64,000 nucleotides of DNA from Octopus sinensis (lineage: Eukaryota), in contig NC_043002.1 of assembly GCF_006345805.1 (NCBI RefSeq), forward strand, positions 33,046,001 through 33,110,000, given 5' to 3'. Under the pieces are notes generated by a model that saw nothing but the letters and a program-made list of their open reading frames with translations, ran no database searches and was not told where the DNA came from. Position 1 is the stretch's first letter. The number at the start of each line of letters is the position of its first letter. The position numbers were made by a program, and so were the translations under genes. Shown one piece after another: positions 43,404 to 56,507 of this stretch.

Positions 43404-43640
43404 CAGGGTTGGCCACAAGTCATCTGACAGTAAGTCAAAACCATTTAATACCAAGATTAAAACAAAAAATTATTTTATATAAAACTTCACTAATAGATAG
43501 ACAAATGCTGAAAAATAAACGGTGATTTCAACACAACATTCAATTTATTAGACATTCATAATTGGAATGAATAAGTAAAATTGAATATTAAATATTTAAG
43601 GAACTTTGATTTATTATCGGGTGACTTTTGGTCAACCCTG
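43404..43640. mobile_element. Tc1/mariner-type MITE
   Basis: TA-flanked TIRs cagggttggccacaagtca / tgacttttggtcaaccctg. Confidence 0.8.
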
Positions 43641-43868
43641 TATATTGCACTCACTCAAAAAATTGAGTGATACTTTCGTCTCCTTTCCTGCAGATATTAT
43701 ATTTGCTGTCTGACAAATTTCCGTCTGTCAACGAGAACCAGCAATCTTTACGCCCAACATTTTCGGTTTGTTGCATGAATTGTCGTGTAGTTCCATTTCT
43801 TTCCATCGGTTTGCTTTTTTTGTTCTTACTGTTCTCTTTAAATTCTCCTACTGTCTCGGTCACTTTCT

Positions 43869-44093
43869 TATTTCTTTACTGCCCACAAGGGGCTACACAC
43901 AGAGGGGGATAAACAAGGACAGACAAACGGATTAAGTCGATTACATCGTCCCCATAGCGTAACTGGTACTTATTTAATCGACCCCAAAAGGATGAAAGGC
44001 AAAGCTGACCTTGGCGGAATTTGAACTCAGAACGTAACGGCAGACGAAATACTGCCAAGCATTTCGCCCAGCGTGCTAACGTTTCTGCGGGCT
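43869..44093 (-). mobile_element. Family A SINE (tail variant ii) with a 17-bp TSD
   Basis: TSD tgtctcggtcactttct at 43852-43868 and 44094-44110. Confidence 0.9.
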
Positions 44094-44247
44094 TGTCTCG
44101 GTCACTTTCTGAGCATATCTAGTTGCTGATAGTATTCTTTCTTTACTCTGCTCGACATAATTTTTCAGACACAGTATCGCAGTATTGACAATGGCTTTTG
44201 CGTTTAGTAATCCTCTGCCACCATCCAATTTTATTTAGTTTTGATTT

Positions 44248-44294
<47 letters not shown>

Positions 44295-45510
44295 TTGTTT
44301 GGTAGAGTCGGTCGGTATTGCTTTTAGAAGGGATTGCGTTGTGCATTGTGAGCAGCTTTCTAGTTCATCTATCCAAGTTTTATAGCTCGACCTTTGTCCG
44401 TTTCAGAAAGGGAGCAGAGTATCTCAATAAGGGCATAGCCCATGTATTTCTAGCTTTAATGATGTTCCCACCATTTAATCTTGTTTCGAGCACCTTCCTA
44501 CGGCTCCTCTTATACTCTTTAGTGACTTTCTCTCTCATTTCTTTTTGTATTATCCTACCATCATACAGTACTCCAAGATATTGGTACCCCTCATTATTCC
44601 ACAACAATCTAATAATGCCTTGTGGAAATTTCATGCCATCAGAATTTACTTTCCGCCCTCTCTTCGCGTTTATTTGCCCCAAACTGCATTCCATTATCTT
44701 AACTGAATACTCTCATCGTTTGGATCAAAGACTATTGGTCTGTCTCACGTTCTATATACAACGTGAGGTCAACTATATAGAGTACGTGATTTATCCTCAT
44801 CTTGGATTTGGTAAACTCAAAGGCAGGCTTGGATTTTCCAAGTATACTTGTCAGGGGAATTAACGCAATGGCGAAGAGTAATGGAGAGAGCGAGACTCAT
44901 TAGAAAATGCCCCGGCGTATTTTCACGTTTACTAGCGATTCGTTTGCACATGTCATTTCTATTGCCCACAGTGACATTGCTTTCTCCTCAGATACGTCAA
45001 GAACCAACTATGTGGGACATTGTCATAAGTGTTTCAGTAATCTATCTATCCAACAGCTAAATTCTTCCTCCTTACTTGTGCCTCATTTAATATTGTATTA
45101 TTATTATATATCACATCAGCAGTTAACCTTGATTTCTTCCTACATCCTTTTTCTCTACTCTGCCAATAGATTCTCCTTTTCCAGAAAATTATATATTTCA
45201 TCTGCTAGCATCCAGAGTAATGGCAAACAAATAATAGGTCTATATTTGCTCTCTTTCTTTACCCTTCTGTATCAGTACTCTCCTTTCTTTTGTCATTCAT
45301 GTTGGCGTCTCGTTTTTCTATGTTGTCAACAAAACATGGTCGTATATAACTGTGTATACTTAGTAGATTCTTGAGCCAGAAACAGTGGACACCATCCGGT
45401 CCGGGGGCTTTCCAGTTTGGTAGTTTCTTAATCATTTCTTTTATTCTTTTATCCGTGATTGTTATACTTTCTTGTGTCTCTCTAGTCATCATTATCATTA
45501 TCATTGGTCA

Positions 45511-45720
45511 GGCGGCGAGCTGGCAGAATTGCTAGCACGCCGGGCAAAATGCTTAGCGGCATTTCGTCCGACTTTACGTTCTGAGTTCAAATTCCGCTGA
45601 GGTCGATTTTGCCTTTCATCCTTTCGGGGTTGATAAAATAAGTACCAGTTAAACACTGGGTTGATGTAATCGACTCATCCCCACCTCCACAAGCTGCCCT
45701 TCAGCCAAAAAATTGAAATG
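45511..45720 (+). mobile_element. Family A SINE, well-preserved copy
   Basis: ggcggcgagctggcagaa...gttctgagttcaaattcc (B box)...gcctttcatcctttcgggg. Confidence 0.85.
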
Positions 45721-45750
45721 ATTATTATTGGCGGTAGTAGTAGTAGTAGT

Positions 45751-45792
<42 letters not shown>

Positions 45793-46114
45793 GAGGAGGA
45801 GGAGGAGGAGAGGAGGAGGAGGAGGAGGTGGAAGAGGAGGAAGAAGAAGAGATGGAAGAGGGGGAGTTTCTGGTATTAAGCCCAGTTTAATTATCAATCC
45901 ACATTTCAAGGTTAAGAGCCATTTTGTGCCTTCTGCAGAAAAGTCATCTTTCTACTCTACATATCTATTGTCACATTGAACTGAGATCATGTTGGATCGG
46001 TCATGCTGAACCTAGTTGGTATTTTTTTCGCTACTGCAAAGTTAAGATCAATCTTTTTCAATGTTTGTTCACAGATTTTTTTTGTCACTATTCCCAAGGC
46101 TCAAACAATAATCG

Positions 46115-46692
46115 TTTCTACTTTAGGCACAAGGTCCGAAATTTTGGGGGAGGGAGCCAGTCGATTACATCGATCCCAGTACGCAACTGGTACTTAATTT
46201 ATTGACCTCGAAAGGATGAAAGGCAAAGTCGTCCTCAGCAAAATTTGAACTTAGAACTTAAAGACAGACGAAATACCTATTTCTTTACTACCCACAAGGG
46301 ACTAAACACAGAGGAGACAAACAAGGACAGACAAACGGATTAAGTCGATTATATCGACCCCAGTGCGTAACTGGTACTTATTTAATCGACCCCGAAAGGA
46401 TGAAAGGCAAAGTCGACCTCGGTGGAATTTGAACTCAGAACGTAGCGGCAGACTAAAGACCCATTTCTTTACTACCCACAAGGGGCTAAACACAGAGGAG
46501 ACAAACAAGGACAGACAAACGGATTAAGTCGATTATATCGACCCCAGTGCGTAACTGGTACTTATTTAATCGACCCCGAAAGGATGAAAGGCAAAGTCGA
46601 CCTCGGCAGAATTTGAACTCAGAACGTAACGACAGACGAAATACGGCTACGCATTTTGCCCGGCGTGCTAACGATTCTCCCAGCTCGCTGCC
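46115..46692 (-). mobile_element. Three nested or tandem family A SINEs inserted in a decayed Dong 3' end (about 45950-46910)
   Basis: Three SINE cores; near-TSD tcaaacWataatcg at about 46101 and 46700; the flanks translate to RLE-like remnants. Confidence 0.8.
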
Positions 46693-48039
46693 TTGTCACT
46701 CAAACTATAATCGACGTTATCATAACTTTCTAAGATTCTTTGTTTCAGTACTTGAGGGGCCACATACTTCAAGTCAGTATAATACTTTACATTTTCTTCC
46801 TTTTCCTTTCGTTTTTCGTCTGTCACATAGGCATGCACGTCAGTAACAGAAAACATCTTTCTTTTTCTTTCTAACGACTTCATATCCTGTTTTTTGTGCC
46901 CATTTTTAGGTTTCTATAGGAAAATTTCACAATAACTTCACTTCATCGCTTAGAGAGCTTGCATTTATATTCACACAAAAAGTTTATAGCTCTTTTCTGT
47001 TCGAGGTAATACATAATGCACTACAAAAGTAGGCACACTGAGCTCACTGTGGACATTCAGATACAATGTCAGCTATGAGGTCAACTGAATAATCACACAT
47101 TCCGCATTTGAGTGAACAGTCCAGCTGATTTATCGTCCCCTTGGCCCAATTTTACCTTAAAGGCCTGTTTTCATTAATATTAAAACTAATATCATTTTAT
47201 ATCTCATATGATACTAATAATAGTATCTCCGCTTTGATCTTTTTATATTTTGATGTGTCATTTAAGTACAGGTAAACAATTTATGTAGTTAATGTATTCT
47301 GTCTTTATTCAAGATTTTCTCTCTTACTTTTATCTATTCGAGAACGATTATATGCCTATTGTAACTTACATTGAATATATGCATATTCTGATGCATAACT
47401 TCAAAGCCTGTATGCATATCCATACATGCACACGCGAGCAAGAGGCGAACCAGTGGCAAATAGAAATGACGTTTAGTCGGCTGTAAACCCACCTTGTAAC
47501 ACAGAAGAAGGCAGCAACATCAAACTCCCTCATTCAGCTAATGCCACATATCGGAGGAAGTTTCAAGTAGTGGAAGTGTAACAAAGCTAACAGTGGTCAC
47601 CCAACATGGACGCAGCTTTGGAAGTGAAACTAATAGAACAAAAATTTATTGGAACTATCTCTGCTTCAAGAGATGGTAGATAAATCGCTTGGTGGTAATT
47701 AGTACCAACCCAAAATGAAAAGAGCACATAATCTCAAGGGACAAGAATTTTCTAAAATTCACATGTCATTACGGGAAAGTGAGTTAGATTGTCAAAAGCT
47801 AGGAGAACAGCTTTAGACACGTGCCACTAATTCAATGACACACGAACGTGTCTTGTATCATTTTTGGAATTTTTTTTTTATCTTGAGGTTCTCTCCACTT
47901 CTCATTTCAATTTGGTTTCAGTTGCCATCAAGCGATTGTTTAAGTACTCCAAGAAGCGGAAATTATTTCGATAAATGAAGTACCTATTTTGTGTGGTATT
48001 TTTCTATACTCTTAGTTGTGTTCTATGCCTACACACACA

Positions 48040-48131
<92 letters not shown>

Positions 48132-48252
48132 TTACACCTATACATAGTACATGCGTAACTACATACATACATATAACATGCGTGCAAACAGTCGCCATGA
48201 TTGACCGCTAAATCCACAAGTTTTTCTTATTTGCTTTTTTATTTCATCGTGT

Positions 48253-48291
48253 TCTTTTCTGTTGAAGAGCGTAGGCTCGAAACGTAAAAGA
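48253..48291 (+). ncRNA. Minimal hammerhead-like motif (core variant CUGUUGA) in a Penelope-like fragment (about 48200-48380)
   Basis: UCUUUU-CUGUUGA-A-GAGC guag GCUC-GAA-ACGU-A-AAAGA. Confidence 0.5.
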
Positions 48292-49096
48292 CTCTCACCT
48301 TCCCGACCGTTAAACTAATACACCTGCTTGTTGTTTATATACCTGTCTTCGTCTTTTGATTTTCTATAAATTTCAACTATATATTCCATACATGCCAGCT
48401 GAATTTAATTTGTCCTTAGTCGAAAGACACCTGTTGTCTTGTCGCTTATATTTGTAATTTTGTACTGTTTCTCCGCATTTTTGCGTCCTTGTTTTCGTAT
48501 GCCTTCGCTTGCTTTCTGCCAAAGAATCTAGTGCCCTTAGCTTAGATTTTCTTGGGTCCAGCCAAATTGGAGCAATCTCGAGTGTAACTGGTCATCTGGA
48601 ACTCGACTGGTGATAGAAAGTTCCGAATGACTCATCCTTGTTTTTTCCTGTCCTTCTTTGTATCGACCTAACTGTCCGGATGTTTTGCTATCGCCTGTTA
48701 CGTTCTTGTTCTATTTTTTGTTTTGTTTATATATATATATATATACACACACATATGAGGCTTAAAAGTAACAAACGAGCTGATATGTATATGGAAAATA
48801 GGGCAAGGTAGAAAAATGCTAAAATAATTTTATCATGAAGAAGATTTCAGTACCTGTTTCAGTCTTTGCGACTTTTTCAACTTAGAGTAAAGCATGAAAA
48901 GCAATGAAGTTGTGGAAAAATTAAATGAAATGTTTGTTTTTAAATTTTCATTGTTTTCAAATACTTGGAGCATTTTCCTTTTTTCTGTTTCTCTCCCTCT
49001 TTTACTTTTGTGAAGGCTCGGCAGGTAGGTAGTAGCAAGTCTGAAAGAATATAACGGATGTGGGTTCTTGGTTTTGATTGTTTAAGCAGCAGTAGC

Positions 49097-49247
49097 AGAA
49101 GAAGAAGAAGAAGAAGAAGAAGAAGAAGAAGAAGAAGAAGAAGAAGAAGAAGAAGAAGAAGAAGAAGAAGAAGAAGAAGAAGAAGAAGAAGAAGAAGAAG
49201 AAGAAGAAGAAGAAGAAGAAGAAGAAGAAGAAGAAGAAGAAGAAGAA
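49097..49247. repeat. Long perfect (AAG)n microsatellite
   Basis: Direct reading; it produces the poly-Arg and poly-Leu ORFs. Confidence 0.95.
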
Positions 49248-49539
49248 TGCCAGTTAGTTCGCTGAGTGCTATTTTTCTGTATTCCTGAATTTTAATCTGG
49301 GATCTATGTAGCGTCATCCTGTTTTTGGTTTGGGCAATGTATTGCTCTCGACACCCTCAGCAAGTTAATATGTATATATTAGATTTTTCGAAGCACATGT
49401 GAAGTTGTTTTTCACTGTAAAGCGTTGGCCCTGTTTGAATGAAAACTCCGATCACTCAATTGGGTTGACGTATATACCACAGTTAGGTCTTCCGCATTAT
49501 TTTACTGATGGCCTCAGTGTTGCTACCGAGTGTACTTGT

Positions 49540-49740
49540 GTTATTCAATTACTTTCAGTCATTTGACTTTAGCCATGCTGGACCACCGCCTTTAGTCGAA
49601 GAAATCAACCCCAGGACTTATTCTTTGTAAGCCTAGTACTAATTCTATCGGTCTCTTTTGCCGAACCGCTAAATTACGGGGACGTAAACACACCAGCATC
49701 GGTTGTCAAGCGATTTTAGGGACAAACACATAAACATATG
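49540..49740 (-). mobile_element. 3' half of a family C SINE
   Basis: Matches 29540-29750. Confidence 0.75.
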
Positions 49741-49779
49741 CACACACATACATACATATATACATACATATATATATAT

Positions 49780-49812
<33 letters not shown>

Positions 49813-49816
49813 TATG

Positions 49817-49903
<87 letters not shown>

Positions 49904-50869
49904 GTGTATATGCATGTATATATATCTATATATATATAATCATGTGTGTAGATTATAGAACAAGAAATTGCAGATTCGTTTTTCTCGGACTACGTGAAAC
50001 TACCATTATCATATATGATGTGTGAGAGTGTATGTGTGTGTGTGTGTGTTTGTGTGTGTTTGTGTATGCGTGCGTGAGTGACTACGTGTATGTATGTATG
50101 TATGTATGTATGTATGTATGTATGTTGTATGTATGTATGTATGTATGTATGTATGTATGCATTATGTAGCCGCTCACCACATCGATTTGATGGTTCATTA
50201 TTTCTGGTGTGGTATTTCGCAGTCACGAATATGTCCTTAAACACAGCCGGATCTTTCAAACTGAATACTAGCTTCAGCATTAAACCTACGAATCAAAGTT
50301 ACTAACTGGAAATCAGTCAGCCAGAGAAAGAAAAAAACCACATCTGAGAGTGAAGCCAAAAGGAAAATGTCATGCTTTCATTTCAAGTTCTATTGAATTT
50401 TAGTTGATGACATCAGCCAGGCTTGCAAAATATGAAAATCCCACAGCACAAACAATCCAATTCGTATTAGCTTAAGGATTACTTTATGGCAGCCAACACT
50501 TGCATTCATTCATTACGCATACACATATAAGCACACACTCTCTCTCTCTCTCTTCAACTTCACTTGAATGTAGAAACCGTACTCAACAAAATCACTGTAT
50601 GAAAGAACTTTCTGTCACTATCCTATAATTTGTCACGCATGCTGGTGTCTGATACAACTTTTAATAATAAGCATATGAAGAACAGAAAAAAGATTTCTCG
50701 CACACAATAACCTAACTTCTCATACACCTCAATATTAATGTTCTGAACTCCGCCGCATTATGCCCTCGTGTTAAATTGTCGCAAATTTTAAATTCATATT
50801 CCACTAAACATGTTATATGGAGGGAAAAGAGTTTTGTGTGTGTGAGAAAAATAGATAGATAGATAGATA

Positions 50870-50941
50870 TGTTTCTTTATTAGCCACACAGGGCTGCACA
50901 CAGATAGAACAAATTACAAGGTAGAGCTTTTCTTTTGAAGG

Positions 50942-50975
<34 letters not shown>

Positions 50976-51165
50976 GGGAGGTTCGATCAAAAGGGATCGT
51001 AAAAGGAGAGAAAGAGGACAAAATAAGGGGGGTTAAAAAAAAAAAAAAAAAAAAAAGGGGGGGGAGAGGAAAAAAAATGATCAATAGGGATCGTTATCAC
51101 AGAAATGTCAATATGAAGTGTAAAGGGGAGGACAGGTGAGGTTTACCCGTGGAAGAAAGAAAAGA
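50870..51165 (-). mobile_element. LINE 3' UTR fragment (Tx1-like tail) embedded in (GATA)n
   Basis: Minus-strand end ...tgtgtgcagccctgtgtggctaataaagaaac resembles the Tx1-like tail at 34530; (AGAT)n lies on both sides. Confidence 0.5.
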
Positions 51166-51167
51166 TA

Positions 51168-51227
<60 letters not shown>

Positions 51228-51450
51228 GTGAGCATGAATGTTGGTGTATATATGCATACATGAATGGGTGTATGCTTCTGAGAATGACTGTAATTGTATG
51301 TATGTACATGTATACATGTATGCATATTTGTATATATGTATGCAGACATCTATTTATTTGTGTGTGTGTGTGAATGCGTATGCACACACACACACACACA
51401 TAGTTATGTATGTATCTATGTATGTATGTATGTATGTATGTATGTATGTA

Positions 51451-52559
51451 CAATGTGCGATGAATATATTCTTTTCTACTCTAGGCACAAGGCCTGAAAT
51501 TTGGTGGGGAGGGCCAGTCGATTAGATCGACCCCAGTACGCAAATGGTACTTTATCGACCCCGAAAGGATGAAAGGCAAAGTCAACCTCGGCGGACTTTG
51601 TACTCAGAACGTAAAGACAGACGAAATACCACTGAGTATAGCACCAGGTGTGCTAACGTTTCTTATTTCTTTATTGCCCACAAGGAGCTAAACACAGAGG
51701 AGACAAACAAGGACAGATAAACGGATTAAGTCGATTATATCGACCCCAGTGCGTAACTGGTACTTATTTAATCGACCCCGAAAGGATTAAAGGCAAAATC
51801 GACCTCTGCGGAATTTGAACTCAGAACGTAACGGCAGACGAAATACGGCTACGCATTTCGCCCGGCGTGCTAACGTTTCTGTCAGCTCGCCGTCTTGAAG
51901 GGTGAATAAATTTTCGTCTAAATTGCACAAAAATGAAAATAACACTAACATCTCATTTTAACAGATATATTTACCAAAATTACATAAAAATATCTTGAAA
52001 TGCTAAAGAGTAAATTTATTCAATATAATCGCTTTAACCACGGCCTCCAGACGACTTCGGAATCTTCTGCAACTCTTTTGGACAGTCTCCTTGTTTAAGT
52101 TGGTCAATGCTGCCATAACCCTTGCCTTCAGTTCATCTTTGGTGTTACAAGGAGTTTTGTTGGTCTGTCGTTCACCTATGCCCCATAGATAGTAATCAAG
52201 GGGCAGCAGTCTGAGGAGTTAGGTGGCCAGATGTTAGGGGGGATATGGTCGCAGGATTTGTCTGACAGCCATGACTGAGTTCTCCTGCTTGTGTGGCATG
52301 GGGCAGAATCCTGTTGCCAGACATAGGATTTTTCAGCAGTCACCCTCTTGACCCAGGGCAGAACTACCTCCTCCAGACACTTGATCTAGGTCTTCGTGTT
52401 GAGTCTGAGGCCGTGTGAGAAAATGAATGGTGCTGTTTTTCTCACAGATGTTGCCCAACTGAACCTACTATACTGTGTAGTCGAGAAAATCAAAAACAAA
52501 CAATGTACATGCACGAAATTAGAAATATAAAACAGCGACAATTTACCTATCGCACCCTG
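51451..52559 (-). mobile_element. Internally deleted maT (DD37D) transposon whose left TIR is split by a family A SINE dimer (51471-51894)
   Basis: VWQQDSAPCH...IWPPNSSD../PLDYYLW motif; TIR cagggtgcgataggtaaatt versus caatgtgcgatgaata; tgaataWatt is duplicated around the SINEs. Confidence 0.8.
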
Positions 52560-52560
52560 T

Positions 52561-52595
<35 letters not shown>

Positions 52596-52733
52596 TGCTT
52601 TTGAATTTATTAATAGTCTCTGACTATTTACTTTTTTTCCCACTAGGCCGCTGGTGGCAATAATTTCTGCTGAATTTTTTGCCACCCTATATTGATTAAT
52701 TATATATATAATATATATATATTATATATATAT

Positions 52734-52782
<49 letters not shown>

Positions 52783-52790
<8 letters not shown>

Positions 52791-52885
52791 ATTAGGGCTT
52801 AGTAAAATAAAAAATTACTTTGCCACATACTGAACTTGTGTGGCAAAGTAATTTATTTTATTTTACTAAGCCCTAATTATATAAT
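52783..52885. repeat. Inverted repeat with arms of about 45 bp at the edge of a (TA)n tract
   Basis: attatataattagggcttagtaaaataaaa..attactttgccaca pairs with tgtggcaaagtaat..ttttattttactaagccctaattatataat. Confidence 0.9.
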
Positions 52886-53029
52886 GTAATATTTTGAATT
52901 CGCCTTAAATGGTCCTTTTACATACTGAACACTACTTTGGTGAAATTGATTAATAACTAATTAATTTTACCCTCAATTGTTGATATATATATATATATAT
53001 AATATATATATATATATATTATATATATA

Positions 53030-54642
53030 TATATAATACACATTGCATACATACACACATACATACATACATACATATATACATACACATACATACATAC
53101 ATACATACATACATACATACATACATACATACATACATACATACATACATACATACATACATACATACATAGACATGGTCTGATCAAAAAGTATTGGGAT
53201 TGTTGTTATGGTAACGGAATTAATATACGCAGACCGAAGCCGCTTAGCACATATTGAACTTGTATACTGTCGTGCATACACGTTAAGTTATAACACTCGC
53301 GATCACTTACGTGGCTTATAGCAGTGCTTAGAAGTAAAATGTGTAGAGTACGGTCGTCTCAAAAGAATGATTTCAGATTTCAGCTGCGTAGGATTTCCTT
53401 GTTTGTGTGAAGGAAGGCGAAATCTATGGCCACCAACCAAGGCTCTATCTTTTCAGATTCAAGACATCGACGAAATCCAAGTAAATATGACAAGGTAGTT
53501 CCTCGCTATACTCCCCAAAAGAGTTCCAGGAATGCCATCAATAGAAACGTTACTGGATAAAGTGAATGGCTTCAGAAAGAGATTGCTTCAAAGATTGAAC
53601 GCAGAATTGATATATGACGTAGTTTTCTTTTTATAGCACTTGTCATAATACTTTTTGATCAGACCTCGAACGAATGTTTACTCGTGCATAAATATGTATG
53701 CGATTGTCTATGCATCCGTATTTACATCATGTATATATCGATAAACGATAATTTGTGTATCTACACAAACACACACAGACACCAACACATGTAAGTACAT
53801 ATGCATATATATACGTATAAGCATACATTTATATACAGACACATTATATATATATATACACATTGCATACATACACACATACATACATACATACATATAT
53901 ACATACACATACATACATACATACATACATACATACATACTACATACATACATACATACATACATACATACATAGACATGGTCTGATCAAAAAGTATTGG
54001 GATTGTTGTTATGGTAACGGAATTAATATACGCAGACCGAAGCCGCTTAGCACATATTGAACTTGTATACTGTCGTGCATACACGTTAAGTTATAACACT
54101 CGCGATCACTTACGTGGCTTATAGCAGTGCTTAGAAGTAAAATGTGTAGAGTACGGTCGTCTCAAAAGAATGATTTCAGATTTCAGCTGCGTAGGATTTC
54201 CTTGTTTGTGTGAAGGAAGGCGAAATCTATGGCCACCAACCAGGCTCTATCTTTTCAGATTCAAGACATCGACGAAATCCAAGTAAATATGACAAGGTAG
54301 TTCCTCGCTATACTCCCCAAAAGAGTTCCAGGAATGCCATCAATAGAAACGTTACTGGATAAAGTGAATGGCTTCAGAAAGAGATTGCTTCAAAGATTGA
54401 ACGCAGAATTGATATATGACGTAGTTTTCTTTTTATAGCACTTGTCATAATACTTTTTGATCAGACCTCGAACGAATGTTTACTCGTGCATAAATATGTA
54501 TGCGATTGTCTATGCATCCGTATTTACATCATGTATATATCGATAAACGATAATTTGTGTATCTACACAAACACACACAGACACCAACACATGTAAGTAC
54601 ATATGCATATATACGTATAAGCATACATTTATATACAGACAC

Positions 54643-54650
<8 letters not shown>
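53030..54650. repeat. Tandem duplication of about 0.8 kb; each unit carries an internally deleted mariner of about 495 bp (53174-53668, 53977-54470)
   Basis: Units are near-identical (offset 803); TIRs ggtctgatcaaaaagtatt; a transposase C-terminal remnant is present. Confidence 0.85.
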
Positions 54651-54695
<45 letters not shown>

Positions 54696-54897
54696 CATAT
54701 ATACATAATATATACATATGTATGTACGTACGTACGTACGTATGTATGTATGTATGTATGTATGTATGTATGTATGTATGTATGTATGTATGTATGTATG
54801 TATGCATGCATGTATGTATGACTGTGACAAATAAAGGAAGGAATATATTGGTATCACATTTAATATTCTGTTACGATCGTTTCAATACTAGGTAGGG

Positions 54898-55028
<131 letters not shown>

Positions 55029-56334
55029 GTAAACCATCATCATGCTGGGACAGATATAAACAAAATTTTATGCAACTGTATGCAATGTTTTTAAAAATCC
55101 TTTGAACGATGTTGTGCGCTTTCATATGGATTAGTGAGATAAACTTATGATATGGCAGCGATAAATTAACTACGCGAGACAAACGATGACAATGAAGTAG
55201 GCTTTCTGATCAGTGAGGAAGGTATTCAAAACTGAGTAACAGTAAAAACATAACATTCACAGAGTCCTTAATTAGGGAGAATGGGTGCAAGTGTAACATC
55301 AAAGAAAGAAGGATAATAAGAAAGAGAAAAGATGAGGAAGAGAATACAAGATAAAAAGATATAAGATATTCGTGCAGCATAGGGAGATGTAATATTGGCG
55401 TTAGGTCTATGGTAAGGTTGCTGGGTAGAAGTATAAGGGTTGAAGTTGACATCTAGGAAGTTAACAGAGTTGTTATCGTTTTGAATGGTAATAGATAATC
55501 CTTGGTTTTTAAAAAAAAATGTAGTCTTTTTTGTAGAGTTCTAGTTTTTTTTTTTTTTATTAGAGGTGTTCATAACACCTTTTATATATACTGAAATACA
55601 CCTTCTGTATAACCCACACATCCTTATCCAAATTTTTATTTTTCTACTCATCTCTTTCTCCGCTCATTTATCTCCCCTACATTTACTTTGGACTTTCTAA
55701 CTTCATATTATTATTTTTAAATTCACAGTTTTATCTTTATAAACTCTGCAAGCACATTCTACTTTAATTGTAATATTAATAATTACTTCTCTGTTTTTAC
55801 TTATTTTCTCCTTTATTTTAATACTTGTTAGTAATATGATTTTTTTTATGTAAACACCAGTTCTTTATATACATCATCTTCTCTCTTTAACACATTCTCA
55901 TTCCTCTATTTCTTATGCCATTTGTTTACATTAACTATCTAGTATTAGCTTCTCGTATACCACTTCTTCACGCTAAACTTCATCCTTCTGTATAGATTTA
56001 AAATATATATATTATACTACGTACTGCTTTCAACTGTTAGTTTTAATTTCAATTTAAATTTGGTATTGTCTTCCCATTGGACATTTCTACTACTTACTTG
56101 CCCTACGCAACATATACAGAGCTATAATTCTAACTTCCATACTCATCTATAAGTGGAACGTCTCCGATACCTCTTTACTTATATCTTCAAATAACCGTTG
56201 AAGCCGTTAGTTATGGTTCAATATCTGACATGACTCCCATCTCTTTCTCACACGGATACAAATATGAATGTCCTGGATCCAATTTTTTTCTGCTCTATTC
56301 CTTTTTAACTTCCTTGTATCATGGCTTATTTCCT

Positions 56335-56428
56335 TTCTGCACTGAAGAGTATGCAGGTATTTATTTTATTTTATTCAATCGTGAATTTATATTATTATAT
56401 CTCTGTACGGAACGATCGTCTGCAAGAA
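56335..56428 (+). ncRNA. Degenerate type I hammerhead motif
   Basis: UUCUGCA-CUGAAGA-GUAUGCAG...CUGUAC-GGA(expected GAA)-ACGAUCGU-C-UGCAAGAA, with a palindromic helix III and a GUC site. Confidence 0.55.
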
Positions 56429-56507
56429 TTAAACTTCTTATAAATTTTAACAACTTGTTTCCTCCATTCTTAACAAAATTGATGGGATTTATGGAACATA
56501 AATAGAT

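Larger units (their letters stand above)
42860..45490 (-). mobile_element. Heavily decayed Dong/R4 LINE with a nested MITE and SINE
   Basis: NWKAPGPDGV..FWLK, YQYLGV, LNGGN.IKA.NTWA.P.LRYS and WDFS.KTDH.I..RRPD motifs. Confidence 0.8.
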
